IMG/VR virus record: IMGVR_UViG_3300031555_003590
Span: 96,001-160,000 of that record
Source of the DNA: a virus
Lineage: Duplodnaviria; Caudoviricetes
DNA: 64,000 nucleotides
Direction: 5' to 3' (one strand)
The position numbers were made by a program, and so were the translations under genes. This document shows, piece by piece, positions 30,832 through 41,285 of this stretch. Under the pieces are notes generated by a model. That model worked only from the letters and a program-made list of their open reading frames with translations, was not told where the DNA came from and ran no database searches. Each line of letters starts with the position of its first letter. Position 1 is the stretch's first letter.

Positions 30832-31573
30832 ATGTTATATTATAGCCTGCTCCAAAACATTGTCTATATCCAGGATCTCCTTCTATTAATTCTCCATTAT
30901 TATCTTTCCATCCAATATCTCCACTAAAGTAATCTTTAAATAGTTTAATCATTATTTCAATGACTGTATGAAATAGTTTATTATCAATATAAAGATCTAA
31001 TAAATGTAGTGCTGTAGAATCATTATGAGTAAATTTAATTATTGGAAAAATACAGTATATTTCTTCATTCGTTTCAGTAATATTAATTCTATTATAATCT
31101 GATATAATAAATGGATTTTGTTTACCAGTAGGAAGAGGAATTGTATAGATTTCATAAATTTTATCAAAGAACGTGTTAAAAATTTTTGCGTCATAAACAA
31201 TTTCTGATTTATAAAAATCACCACAAATAAATTGTAAAGCTTTTACTTCATAATTTATCTCTTTACTCAATTCACTACAAACTTGATTCATCAATCCATC
31301 TTCATATAACATTTTATTGAATTGATTACATATTGTTGCAATCAAATATTTTTTATGAGGAATTTTCCAATAAGTATCTTCTACTTGATCATCTGGATTA
31401 TTAGGATCATATGAATAAATTTTATTTAAATAAAATTCTTCATATACTTCAGACCATGTAGGTAATTCTTCTTTAGTATATATAGATGGTTTATATACTA
31501 ATTCATCTTTTTGTTTCATATCATCACTAGGTGATTTAATTAATTCTCCTGTAACATTATTATACCATGGCAT
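30830..31573 (-). CDS. Hypothetical protein
   Basis: 247 aa; coupled to the upstream ORF (TAATG). Confidence 0.55.
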   Translation of the reverse strand: MPWYNNVTGELIKSPSDDMKQKDELVYKPSIYTKEELPTWSEVYEEFYLNKIYSYDPNNPDDQVEDTYWKIPHKKYLIATICNQFNKMLYEDGLMNQVCSELSKEINYEVKALQFICGDFYKSEIVYDAKIFNTFFDKIYEIYTIPLPTGKQNPFIISDYNRINITETNEEIYCIFPIIKFTHNDSTALHLLDLYIDNKLFHTVIEIMIKLFKDYFSGDIGWKDNNGELIEGDPGYRQCFGAGYNIT

Positions 31574-31761
31574 TATTTATCACCTTCTTCATTAATTAAT
31601 TTTTCTATTGCTTCAGCTGATGGGATTTGATCATCGGTAGAATTTTCATCTATTGTATTTACAATTCTTCCATCTAACATATCATTTACTTTATTAAAAA
31701 ATGCTTCAGAAAATATTTTTATACCTTCATTATCTAAATATTTAATTTTTTCATCACTCAA
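31573..31761 (-). CDS. Small hypothetical protein
   Basis: STDDQIPSAEAI resembles motifs seen in tail-associated proteins; AAGGAG RBS. Confidence 0.5.
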   Translation of the reverse strand: MSDEKIKYLDNEGIKIFSEAFFNKVNDMLDGRIVNTIDENSTDDQIPSAEAIEKLINEEGDK

Positions 31762-31830
31762 TATAATCGCTCCTTTTATTAATAAAAAGATCGGGATGTA
31801 AAATCCCGATCTTTTTTATTTCTATTAATA

Positions 31831-32346
31831 TTATGCTCTATAGTTAAATCCACTATAAGCATCAAACTGAGACATTACATCAGATTGTTCTCTATTCTTC
31901 TCCCAAGTATCACGCTGATTTACATGTTTCAGAATCTGACGAGATACTTTCTTGAAACGAGGAATGGACTTCTTCATACTAATAAACATTTTAGTATCAT
32001 CAGCATCTCCACCAAGTTTAACAGACCAAAATTGCATCTGATTTACATATGCAAGCATGGTATCACAAGCTGCATTATATTCATCTCTTTTTACAGGTTT
32101 AATTGGAAAGCTCTCTCCACAAATAGTACATCTCCAATTGCCAGGATTATCAGGATCTTGAATAACTGTAGGAACTTCTTTACCTTTACGAATAATCCAA
32201 TGTACACAAGTCTTCTTAACTTGTTTAATCTTCTTCTTATTCTTAGATTTAAACTTATAACGATCGCCTTTCTTTTTAACTAGATCGGCAATTCCTTCCA
32301 TAAGACGACGAGTTTCTTTTTCTACTTTTTTAGACTTTTTAGCCAT
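31831..32346 (-). CDS. Basic zinc-finger hypothetical protein
   Basis: CVH...CTICG; AGGAGG RBS. Confidence 0.6.
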   Translation of the reverse strand: MAKKSKKVEKETRRLMEGIADLVKKKGDRYKFKSKNKKKIKQVKKTCVHWIIRKGKEVPTVIQDPDNPGNWRCTICGESFPIKPVKRDEYNAACDTMLAYVNQMQFWSVKLGGDADDTKMFISMKKSIPRFKKVSRQILKHVNQRDTWEKNREQSDVMSQFDAYSGFNYRA

Positions 32347-32383
32347 AATTAATTTCCTCCTATAATATTATTCAAATTAATTG

Positions 32384-33391
32384 TTAAGAAAGATAAAGTT
32401 CATTAGTGGAATTATCTGCAATTAGTTCTTGAACTACTGCTTTGATATTTCCATATGCAGAATTACTATTTGCATGATCAATAAATTTGATTACACGCTT
32501 AGTATCATTCTTATATTCTTCTGCTGTCTTTCTTCTTTTAATGTACTGCTTAAGAATATCCTTAAGTCTACGACTCTTAAGATTATCAAGATAAATAAGA
32601 GTCTTTTCAATTAAACTATCATGAAGATCTTTCTGATTATCTGTAAATGAATGATTTTTATTAGTAGAACGCTGAAGAATAAATTCACTAAAGAATCCTT
32701 CAAGGAAATCTTTCTTACTAATTTCCTTATCTTTATCAATACTAATAACAGCTTTTAGAATTGTATCAACATCAATATCAGATACGACAGCCATATCATA
32801 CATGCACTGAATTAATCTCTTATACCATTTTCGATTATTCTTAAATAATTTAGCTGTAGGGACAGCAACTGCAAGTTGAAATGCAACTTCATCATCCAAT
32901 CCCATCTTTTTATAGCGTTTAATCTTTTTCTTAAGAATCTTTTCACAGAATACTGCTAATTCTTCTTTATTAAGAGATTCTGCGATTTCTTTTTCTTCTT
33001 CAGAAATTGCATCACTAGAATAATATGCAATTGTATTCATGATCATATTGGGGAGAAAGATCATGTTAGTATATTGATCAGGATTCTTATCATATAATTT
33101 AGCAACGCGTTTCATAACATCTGAATTAGAAATAATGTTATCTACGCCTTCTTTAACTTTATTAATCTTTTTACCTTCAGGATTCTCAGCAAGAATCTTA
33201 ACAGCTTTATTTAAACCTTCAAGAGCAGCTTCGGAATAAGCTTTTTCTAAACGCTTCTTATTATGTTTGCGTTCACTCTTACTCATTCCCTTTCCCTTAA
33301 TGCGAATATTATTTTTCTTTGCAAATTTTTTTGGACTCATTCGCAAATCTAATACCGATTTTGGTACCTTTAGTTTCTTTTCTTTTGACAT
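32384..33391 (-). CDS. Lys-rich hypothetical protein
   Basis: 335 aa; AGGAGGT RBS. Confidence 0.6.
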   Translation of the reverse strand: MSKEKKLKVPKSVLDLRMSPKKFAKKNNIRIKGKGMSKSERKHNKKRLEKAYSEAALEGLNKAVKILAENPEGKKINKVKEGVDNIISNSDVMKRVAKLYDKNPDQYTNMIFLPNMIMNTIAYYSSDAISEEEKEIAESLNKEELAVFCEKILKKKIKRYKKMGLDDEVAFQLAVAVPTAKLFKNNRKWYKRLIQCMYDMAVVSDIDVDTILKAVISIDKDKEISKKDFLEGFFSEFILQRSTNKNHSFTDNQKDLHDSLIEKTLIYLDNLKSRRLKDILKQYIKRRKTAEEYKNDTKRVIKFIDHANSNSAYGNIKAVVQELIADNSTNELYLS

Positions 33392-33458
33392 AATAATTTA
33401 CCTCCTAACAAGAATCATTGTGAATTAACACTCAAGTAGAGAATATATCATTTTATTA

Positions 33459-34016
33459 TTATCTATAATTTTCTTTTAAAATTATTTTACTATTAATAAA
33501 TCCTCCAAACATGTTAATTTTATTTGCATTATAAAACCTAGATTTGGTTATAATAATATAACCACAATTTGAAATAGTATCTGTATCATAAATATTAGGT
33601 TTTATAAATTCATTTTCATTATCACGTAAACGAATTCGATGATATTCTTTAATATCATCATAAAATAAATCATATTTATGTTTTATTTCTCCATGGAATC
33701 CTCTTATTGTATCATTTTCATAATATAACGGAATATCAGATGGTACATCAGATACAAGTATATTATTTTTTTCAGCATTAACAAGATACCATGAAATATT
33801 TTTATTAATGTCAATAACTTTTGTAATTGATATTACATCAGTCCATCCAAATAAATCAGTAATTTTAATATGTCCTTCATCAAAATATATACTTGTAACA
33901 TTTTTTACAGTTATTGATTTATGATAATATTTTTGATATAAATCATTTACAGTTGTATACCCAGGTTCACCTGTTAAATAATCTAAATATTGTATATGGG
34001 TATTTGGATGAATCAT
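33459..34016 (-). CDS. Stand-alone degenerate Hint (intein-like) domain protein
   Basis: MIHPNTHI (block A-like), TDLFGWTDV, GYIIITKSRFYNANKI (block F/G-like); catalytic Cys1 and terminal HN absent. Confidence 0.5.
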   Translation of the reverse strand: MIHPNTHIQYLDYLTGEPGYTTVNDLYQKYYHKSITVKNVTSIYFDEGHIKITDLFGWTDVISITKVIDINKNISWYLVNAEKNNILVSDVPSDIPLYYENDTIRGFHGEIKHKYDLFYDDIKEYHRIRLRDNENEFIKPNIYDTDTISNCGYIIITKSRFYNANKINMFGGFINSKIILKENYR

Positions 34017-34071
34017 TTTATTCTCCTTTCAAATAATATTTTTTATTAGGGGAGAATATTCTCCCCTAATA

Positions 34072-36207
34072 TCATTTTAATGTTTTGATGTGTCTACGTA
34101 ACACATCAATTGGATCATTACCATTAAGAGCGATTATTGGAATATTATTAGCTTTAGCCTTTTCTACTTTATTAGATGTAAAATCATCTGTAGGTATTAC
34201 TAAATATTTAGCTTTATTACTCCAACTGTCAGAAGCTTCCCAACCATTAGTAGATAATAATAATTCAACATCTGAATTAGGTCTGCATCCACTAAATATA
34301 ATTTTTCCATTAGATGTATTATTATTTCCAAATGATTGACTTAATGTTACTTCTTCCATAAGTTTTAATAATTCAATTCTGAATTTAGTATCCTTTAATT
34401 GATTTACTAACGCTTCAGCTTTTAAATCTCCAATACCAGGAACTCTAACTAATTTAGCCATTAATAAATCAAAGTTCTTTAGATTAATCATATCTACAAA
34501 CTCAGATAGTTTAATATGACTAAATATAGTTTGGAATGTTTTAATACTTAATCCTTCAATACCAACTGATCCAAAGAATTCATAATCTTTTAATCTACGT
34601 TTAGCTTCAATTTCAGCAATCATCTTTTTGGTTTTTAATTTACCAAATCCTTCGATATCTTGAATATCTAAACTCTTCTTTCTTAGTTTATATAAACTCC
34701 TAATACCTTTATCTAATAAACCTTCTTTCCATAATGCCTCTAGAGTATTATATCCAATATTTTGAATTCTAAGATTTTTACAATAATTCAAAATTTTACC
34801 AATAATTCTACTAGGACAATTTGGATTAATACATTGGACAATATTGGTATTTAAATTCAATTCTTCATTACATGTAGGACATTTAGTAGTAAATGGTATC
34901 TTTCTACCATTCTGTACTCTATAACAATTTTCATCAATTGTTACATATGGGATGATATCATATAATACTTTTACTTCATCACCATAAGATAGATCTAATT
35001 CATCAAATCTTTCTTTATTAGATAATGAAATATGATTTACTGTATTACCTTTTAAAATTACATCATTAACTACTAATACAGGTGTAATAATTCCAAACTC
35101 ACTTACATAGAACTCAACTCCCTTTACTTTAGTATATGCACTTTCTTCAGTAAATTTATATGCAACTTCAAAATTATTAATATCATTATCTCTACCTAAT
35201 GCTTTTTGAATCTTTGGATTTAGAATAGTAATAACAACGCCATCAGTTCTAAATCGTTTATGATTTCTAGTTACATATTTATTTTTAATAGAAAATTCTT
35301 TAATAATATCTCTATCATCTAAAGTACAAATTTGAGTTGGAAATTTTTCAATTAATTCTGGATGAATTTGTTCAATATCTTCTCCATCTCTAATAATTCT
35401 TAATGGTACTGGATATAAATAATCAACTTTGAAATCAGGTTCATTAGAATTCAATATTGAAGTAACTACTTGTCTGCTATTTTTATATGATTTATGTCGA
35501 TAAAGTTCATTAATATGATCTTTATCTTCTTCAGTAATCATTGCTTCAAATTTAATTCCAACACCTTTTTCTCTACCATAAATATCATTAAAGATATTCA
35601 TAATATGAGATACATCAGATGCTTTATTATTACGAGTATCTCCTCGTGTTAACCATAAAGGTTTTCCATCCGTATACTCCATAATAACACTTGAACCATC
35701 CATCTTTGGAGTTAACATAATTTTTTCTTTATTTAGATCAATTCTTTCACCAGTAGCTTGAAAATATTTATTTTCAGTAGATTTAATCCATTCATCTAAA
35801 TGTTTTCTACTTTTATTAGTTTTCTTTTCTCCTGGCTTTAAATAATATACTTTATCTAAAGTACCTCTAAGAGTACGATAGGTATGTTCTACTTTATTAG
35901 CAGAATTGATTTCTACTGATCCAGTTAATCTAGGAATACCCATATCAATTAACATTTCTTGTAAAGTATCATAATTGGAATCACTAATAGGAGAACCCAT
36001 TCCAGAAGTATATAAAATTTGTAATACTCCTACTATAGCTTGTAATTCAGCTAACTGATTATCTTTTAATGGATCTTTAGTAATATTATCTAAATGCACA
36101 TAATAATTTATTCGTTTCATTTTATCTTTTTGACAAACTTCATCATATGCATCTTTGATATTCATTCTATCAAATGTTAAATGATTTAACATTTTTTCAA
36201 ATGTCAT
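34072..36207 (-). CDS. ligA: NAD-dependent DNA ligase
   Basis: TPKMDG, LTRGD, RTDGVVI, EVAYKF, CPTC..CINPNC, HhH and BRCT-like end; start at ATG 36207 after GAGGTG. Confidence 0.93.
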   Translation of the reverse strand: MTFEKMLNHLTFDRMNIKDAYDEVCQKDKMKRINYYVHLDNITKDPLKDNQLAELQAIVGVLQILYTSGMGSPISDSNYDTLQEMLIDMGIPRLTGSVEINSANKVEHTYRTLRGTLDKVYYLKPGEKKTNKSRKHLDEWIKSTENKYFQATGERIDLNKEKIMLTPKMDGSSVIMEYTDGKPLWLTRGDTRNNKASDVSHIMNIFNDIYGREKGVGIKFEAMITEEDKDHINELYRHKSYKNSRQVVTSILNSNEPDFKVDYLYPVPLRIIRDGEDIEQIHPELIEKFPTQICTLDDRDIIKEFSIKNKYVTRNHKRFRTDGVVITILNPKIQKALGRDNDINNFEVAYKFTEESAYTKVKGVEFYVSEFGIITPVLVVNDVILKGNTVNHISLSNKERFDELDLSYGDEVKVLYDIIPYVTIDENCYRVQNGRKIPFTTKCPTCNEELNLNTNIVQCINPNCPSRIIGKILNYCKNLRIQNIGYNTLEALWKEGLLDKGIRSLYKLRKKSLDIQDIEGFGKLKTKKMIAEIEAKRRLKDYEFFGSVGIEGLSIKTFQTIFSHIKLSEFVDMINLKNFDLLMAKLVRVPGIGDLKAEALVNQLKDTKFRIELLKLMEEVTLSQSFGNNNTSNGKIIFSGCRPNSDVELLLSTNGWEASDSWSNKAKYLVIPTDDFTSNKVEKAKANNIPIIALNGNDPIDVLRRHIKTLK

Positions 36208-36276
36208 TAATATTTCACCTCTTTTTAAATAAATAATTATTAGGGTAGGTATAATACCTACCCTAATAATATACAC

Positions 36277-38625
36277 TTATACTATTTTAACTTTTACTAC
36301 TTTACTACTTATTACATTTTTCTTGACAACTTTCTCTGGTAAACTACTCATAGTGGATTCAGATAATTTTTCAATTTCAAGAATCTCACTAATTCCATCA
36401 TCAAAATAAATCATAATCTTATCAAATTTATTTACACCTATTACACTAACAAGTTTGTCACGATCATTTAATGATATTAGTCTAACCATAGAATCATGTT
36501 TAGAATCCCTAATTGGTAAATATTCTAAAGAATTTAGTCTAGTTTTAGCTTTAGCAGTGACATAAAGTAAATATTGATTCTCTTCTGGATTTATGGTATA
36601 ACATCCAATTATTTCATCATCAGGTTGTAATTTGAAACCATTGCCACCTTTTGCATTTGGAGAAGTAATTCTAATTACATTAGGATCGATTCTTTGACCA
36701 TATCCATCTTTAGTAAATACTAAAATATCTTTAGAAGATTTACTTCTAGTAATTAGACCTCTAACTAATTTATCATTCTTATCTAAAGCAATACAAGGTT
36801 TCTTAGATGGTCCCATATCGGAAATTCTAATTTTCTTCAACATACCATTCTTAGAAATTAAAGTACAACACAAATCTGAATCAATATCAACAGGAAGCAT
36901 TGCAACTATATTTCCATCTAATTTATGTTTCATAAATCTATTAATAGGTACTTCTGAATCAATAGGAATTTCTTTTACTTTAATATATGAATGATATCCA
37001 TTTTCATCAATAATTACAAATGAAGAATCATTATCTACTTTAACCGCAAATCCATTACTATCAATTGGAATCGGTTCTTCTTCAACATTAGTACACTCTT
37101 TACGAAGAATATTACCATCAGAAGATAATTGTAGAATACAAGCACCTTCTGCTTCAGAATGAACTGAAATTTTATATGGAATTACATTAGATTTACGAGG
37201 TGTACCAAATCGTTTAATACCATCTCTAAGTTCAGCAATAATCAATTTATCAATACCATTTTCTTCATCTAATGTTTTCTTAACTTCAGCTAATTCTTTT
37301 TCTAATTCTTCTTTACGTTTTAAGCATGCTTCATAAGAATCAATACTTAATTCATGCATTCTTAAATTAGATAATACTTTAGCTTGTAATGAATCCATTC
37401 TAATTTCACTATCATGATATTTAGCAATTAGATTCTTTTCAATCTCAGTTCTATTTCTACTAGTACGGAAAATTTTAATTGTTTCTTCAAGATTATTTTT
37501 ATTCATCAAGAAAATTTTAACATCATTTGTACGTTGTTCAGCAAGTAGAGTAGTTCTTTTATGAGATATAACTGTTCTCTTTTGTTCACGTCGATAATCA
37601 ATCCATGCTAATAGTAATTGTTTAATTGAATAATCAAAATTTTGATAATCATTTACTACAGTAATATTTACTGGATATGATTTTTCTAATCCTCCAACTT
37701 CTTTAATTAATTTCTTCATAAATTTGTATGGATTTACATCATCACGAATTACTAATCTTAAATCAACATTAGCACCAGTCATATCATTCATATTAACAAG
37801 TTCTGATAATCCGCCACGTTCTTTAATATCAGCAATGCGTTCTCTTATTACATTTACTGGAACTTGATATGGTAAGCTAGTAATAATAATTTGATTATTT
37901 TTATCATCGATTTCATAAGTACATCTCATAGAATATACTCCATTACCTCTATCACATAACTTACCAAAATCATTTTCAATAATATCGGCACCAGTAGGAC
38001 TATCAGGAATTAATATAATATTAGCATTTGGATCTACCATTAACATGATAACAGCTTCAACTACTTCTCTAAAATTATAGCATGGAATATTTGAACTGGC
38101 GCCATATCCTATACCAATACATCCATTAAGTAGTACATTAGGATATTTAGCAGGTAGATATAAAGGTTCCATAGTCTCTTCATCAAATGCCAATGTCATA
38201 TCTACAACTGAATCATTCCAGTCTTCAAAGAAACATGCTTGTGCATAATCAGATAATCTGGCTTTAATATATCTATCAGCACCTGCAGGATCTCCAGCAG
38301 GTCCACCAAAATTTCCACTTCCTTCAATTAAAGGTATTGAATTATTCCACCATTGAGTTACTCCAACTAATGCATCATAAACTGAACTTGGACCATGTGG
38401 ATGTACTCTACCAATAACTTCACCATCTATAGTTGCAACTTTTCTAAAAGTCTTTCCTTTATCTTTTAAATACATGATGTATAAAGTTCTACGTTGAACA
38501 GGTTTAAGACCATCTATAAAATCTGGTGTAATACGAGCTAAATTTACATTTGCTCCTCTTATGCAATCATATGATTTTGCTAATTCAGCTATATTTCTAT
38601 CTATAAATTTTTCATTAAATATCAT
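36277..38625 (-). CDS. gyrA: Type IIA topoisomerase subunit A (GyrA/ParC)
   Basis: DGLKPVQRR, HPHG, GNFG, GADRY catalytic Tyr, C-terminal pinwheel-like repeats. Confidence 0.92.
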   Translation of the reverse strand: MIFNEKFIDRNIAELAKSYDCIRGANVNLARITPDFIDGLKPVQRRTLYIMYLKDKGKTFRKVATIDGEVIGRVHPHGPSSVYDALVGVTQWWNNSIPLIEGSGNFGGPAGDPAGADRYIKARLSDYAQACFFEDWNDSVVDMTLAFDEETMEPLYLPAKYPNVLLNGCIGIGYGASSNIPCYNFREVVEAVIMLMVDPNANIILIPDSPTGADIIENDFGKLCDRGNGVYSMRCTYEIDDKNNQIIITSLPYQVPVNVIRERIADIKERGGLSELVNMNDMTGANVDLRLVIRDDVNPYKFMKKLIKEVGGLEKSYPVNITVVNDYQNFDYSIKQLLLAWIDYRREQKRTVISHKRTTLLAEQRTNDVKIFLMNKNNLEETIKIFRTSRNRTEIEKNLIAKYHDSEIRMDSLQAKVLSNLRMHELSIDSYEACLKRKEELEKELAEVKKTLDEENGIDKLIIAELRDGIKRFGTPRKSNVIPYKISVHSEAEGACILQLSSDGNILRKECTNVEEEPIPIDSNGFAVKVDNDSSFVIIDENGYHSYIKVKEIPIDSEVPINRFMKHKLDGNIVAMLPVDIDSDLCCTLISKNGMLKKIRISDMGPSKKPCIALDKNDKLVRGLITRSKSSKDILVFTKDGYGQRIDPNVIRITSPNAKGGNGFKLQPDDEIIGCYTINPEENQYLLYVTAKAKTRLNSLEYLPIRDSKHDSMVRLISLNDRDKLVSVIGVNKFDKIMIYFDDGISEILEIEKLSESTMSSLPEKVVKKNVISSKVVKVKIV

Positions 38626-38686
38626 TAATTATCTTCCTCCTTAATTTAAATAATTTTTATTACCTTTTGTTAATTACTTCATAATG

Positions 38687-38726
38687 ATAATATATAAATT
38701 CAATTTATGATTAAATTATATATTAT
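38687..38726. promoter_or_regulatory. Divergent pair of putative early promoters (gyrA-ligA / 38760)
   Basis: ATAATATATA at 38687-38696 and TATATATTAT at 38717-38726. Confidence 0.55.
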
Positions 38727-38759
38727 TTTGCAAATATAATAAAAGGAGATGTTTATAAT

Positions 38760-39527
38760 ATGAGATCGACTGATCATAATATCAATAATCCATTAAAGAC
38801 AATAGATATTGATACGTTTAGAACTATTAATAGTTGGAATTCATTTAAATTTATAAGTATTACTCAAGAAGAATATGATCTAATGCAAATTCATGAACCT
38901 TATACATTATATCATATTAAAGATAGTAAAGATAATAGATATTACGTTGGAGATATGTTAATTGAAAATGAAATTAAAAAAGTTAAATACCTATTATCAA
39001 TCGATGATAATAAACTTTATACTATTTATATGAATCAAGTTGATACTTATAATAATTCAGAACTAATTCCAATTTGTTCATATGAAGATCCTCAAGTAGC
39101 AATAAATAAACTTTCTGAATTCAATAGAGTAGGATCTCATTTTGATAAACCGTTAATGATTTATAATATTTTGATCAATTATATTGAAAAAATTATTTCT
39201 ACTCATGAATTTATTATTGGTATACTAGATATATTTGGATATAAAGAAGATCCTAGATTGCAAGATGTAATTCAATTTATAGTTGGCCATAATGAACATA
39301 AATGGCAAAAAGAATTTTTACCATTTCTATCAAATGAAATTAGTAGAATGAGAGATTTATATCCTGATTCATTATATCCTTACTATTCAAATTTGTATGA
39401 TCTTATAGTTAAATATAATTTCTTTACTGATAAGAAATATAATGAAACTGATGTAAATTTAAGTAAAGAAATTGATGAAATAATTAAAATAATGAATGTA
39501 AATAAATTTAAATTTTCAGAATATTAG
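38760..39527 (+). CDS. Hypothetical protein
   Basis: 255 aa; AAGGAG RBS, promoter motif at 38717. Confidence 0.55.
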   Translation: MRSTDHNINNPLKTIDIDTFRTINSWNSFKFISITQEEYDLMQIHEPYTLYHIKDSKDNRYYVGDMLIENEIKKVKYLLSIDDNKLYTIYMNQVDTYNNSELIPICSYEDPQVAINKLSEFNRVGSHFDKPLMIYNILINYIEKIISTHEFIIGILDIFGYKEDPRLQDVIQFIVGHNEHKWQKEFLPFLSNEISRMRDLYPDSLYPYYSNLYDLIVKYNFFTDKKYNETDVNLSKEIDEIIKIMNVNKFKFSEY

Positions 39528-39627
39528 TATAAATTATAAAAATAATTATATATTATATTAATAGGAATGAAGAGAAGGTTTAAACCTTCTCTTCATTCAA
39601 TTTATTAATTTAAAAGGAGAATGTAAA

Positions 39628-40236
39628 ATGAGTAAATTTAATAAAAATGACAAGGTTAAAATTATTAAAGGTGCTAATGTTGGAATGGAGGCAACGATTT
39701 TTAAAGTAGAGAATTCTGATGATTTTCATACTAATGAAGATGTATATCGAATTAAATGTGAAGCATATCCGGATGGTATTATAATGACTGAAAGTAGTCT
39801 TGTTTTATTAAGTGAGAGTATGAATGATTCATATTCAGTATTTACTGAAGCTAAAAAAGATAAGAAAGGTGGGGATGAAGGTTCAGCAAAATCTTATGTA
39901 ACAGATATAATGCTTCATTTATTTAAATTAAAATTTTCAACTGATAAAGATTCTCATAAACATTGGAGAGATGAAATTGAAGAGTTTAGAATAAAATATA
40001 AAGAAGCTATTTATAATAAAAATATTGGTAAAAATAATACTAATATTGTCAATGCTATAAATAGAGAATTTGATACTAAATTATTCAAAAATTCCAAGGA
40101 TCAATATATAAAACTTGCTAATAAACCTGATGGAAAACATTTAATTCCTGGCTTAAAGCATTTACCTAAAGAATGTCCTTGGACACTAGAAGAGGTAATT
40201 TTTGGTAATATTAATAAAATTCTTGAATTAATTTAA
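39628..40236 (+). CDS. KOW-like N-terminus plus DUF29-like domain
   Basis: FNKNDKVKIIKGANVG; IMLHLFKLKF..HWRDEIEEFR..LPKECPWTLEEV. Confidence 0.55.
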   Translation: MSKFNKNDKVKIIKGANVGMEATIFKVENSDDFHTNEDVYRIKCEAYPDGIIMTESSLVLLSESMNDSYSVFTEAKKDKKGGDEGSAKSYVTDIMLHLFKLKFSTDKDSHKHWRDEIEEFRIKYKEAIYNKNIGKNNTNIVNAINREFDTKLFKNSKDQYIKLANKPDGKHLIPGLKHLPKECPWTLEEVIFGNINKILELI

Positions 40237-40254
40237 ATTAATTAAGGAGCAATT

Positions 40255-41217
40255 ATGAATATTTCAGATATAATTAAAGAAGCTTTTATGTCTAAATCAA
40301 TGATTGATTATTTATGTAATAATATTGAAAACATTTCAAATGATCAATTAGTTGATATTATTAATGCATCAACATCTATTTCTCTTCAACGTAAATTAGA
40401 ATTACTTGAATGGCTTTCTCAGTTTAAAGATATTGATAATAATATTATATTAAGTATCAATGCTTCGTTGGATGCATTATATGATAAAAATACAAATATT
40501 ATCTTTATACTTGATACATATGTTTGGAATGATGAATTTAAAGATTCTATACTAGATAGCTCTATTCCATTTCTAAATTACGAAAAAGCTATTGAATATA
40601 TTAAAACGGATTGTAATGATGAAATGTATAAAGATATTCGATTTTGGTATATTCTTGAAAAATGGGAGCGGGATGACAATGGAAATTTAATTGATACATG
40701 GTCATATGTATTAATAAATGATAAAGTCATTTTCGCGTATAAACCACAAGATTCTCAATATATAAATATAGATCCTAATAAAATTGGTCTAAATCTATCA
40801 ATTCCATTTAATAGTGGTGATATCATTGAAGTATCAAGTATGCCATTTAATTCTAAGAAATATGCGTTAATAATTGATATTGGAGATAATGTTGATTGTT
40901 GTTCTGTTCAACATGTATATGTTGAAGATAATTTATTAAATATAAATGCTTTGAAACATGGCCATATATTTAATGAAGAATTATATGCATCATCTCCGTT
41001 ATTTAGTATTGAACGATATAATGGTGAATTAAATAAACATGATAAAGTTTTATTAATTATTAAAGATTATATTATCAATCATCCTGAAATAGATACATGT
41101 TCCGATTTATGGCAAGCTTTACATGATATCTCTAATAATATGATTGCATGTATTGATATTACAGAAGAACTTATCGATGAATATGTAAGAGAAGTTTTAT
41201 TGAAGAAGGATAAATGA
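40255..41217 (+). CDS. Hypothetical protein
   Basis: 320 aa, directly upstream of rtcB. Confidence 0.55.
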   Translation: MNISDIIKEAFMSKSMIDYLCNNIENISNDQLVDIINASTSISLQRKLELLEWLSQFKDIDNNIILSINASLDALYDKNTNIIFILDTYVWNDEFKDSILDSSIPFLNYEKAIEYIKTDCNDEMYKDIRFWYILEKWERDDNGNLIDTWSYVLINDKVIFAYKPQDSQYINIDPNKIGLNLSIPFNSGDIIEVSSMPFNSKKYALIIDIGDNVDCCSVQHVYVEDNLLNINALKHGHIFNEELYASSPLFSIERYNGELNKHDKVLLIIKDYIINHPEIDTCSDLWQALHDISNNMIACIDITEELIDEYVREVLLKKDK

Positions 41218-41285
41218 AGAATGTATGATGAGGTGGAGAATTCTCCACCTGATCAATTTATTTATTTTAAAAGGAGAATTATAAA

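Noticed and set aside
36208-36276. N-terminal extension of ligA from GTG 36276
   Set aside because: Spans an intergenic hairpin; the RBS supports ATG 36207.
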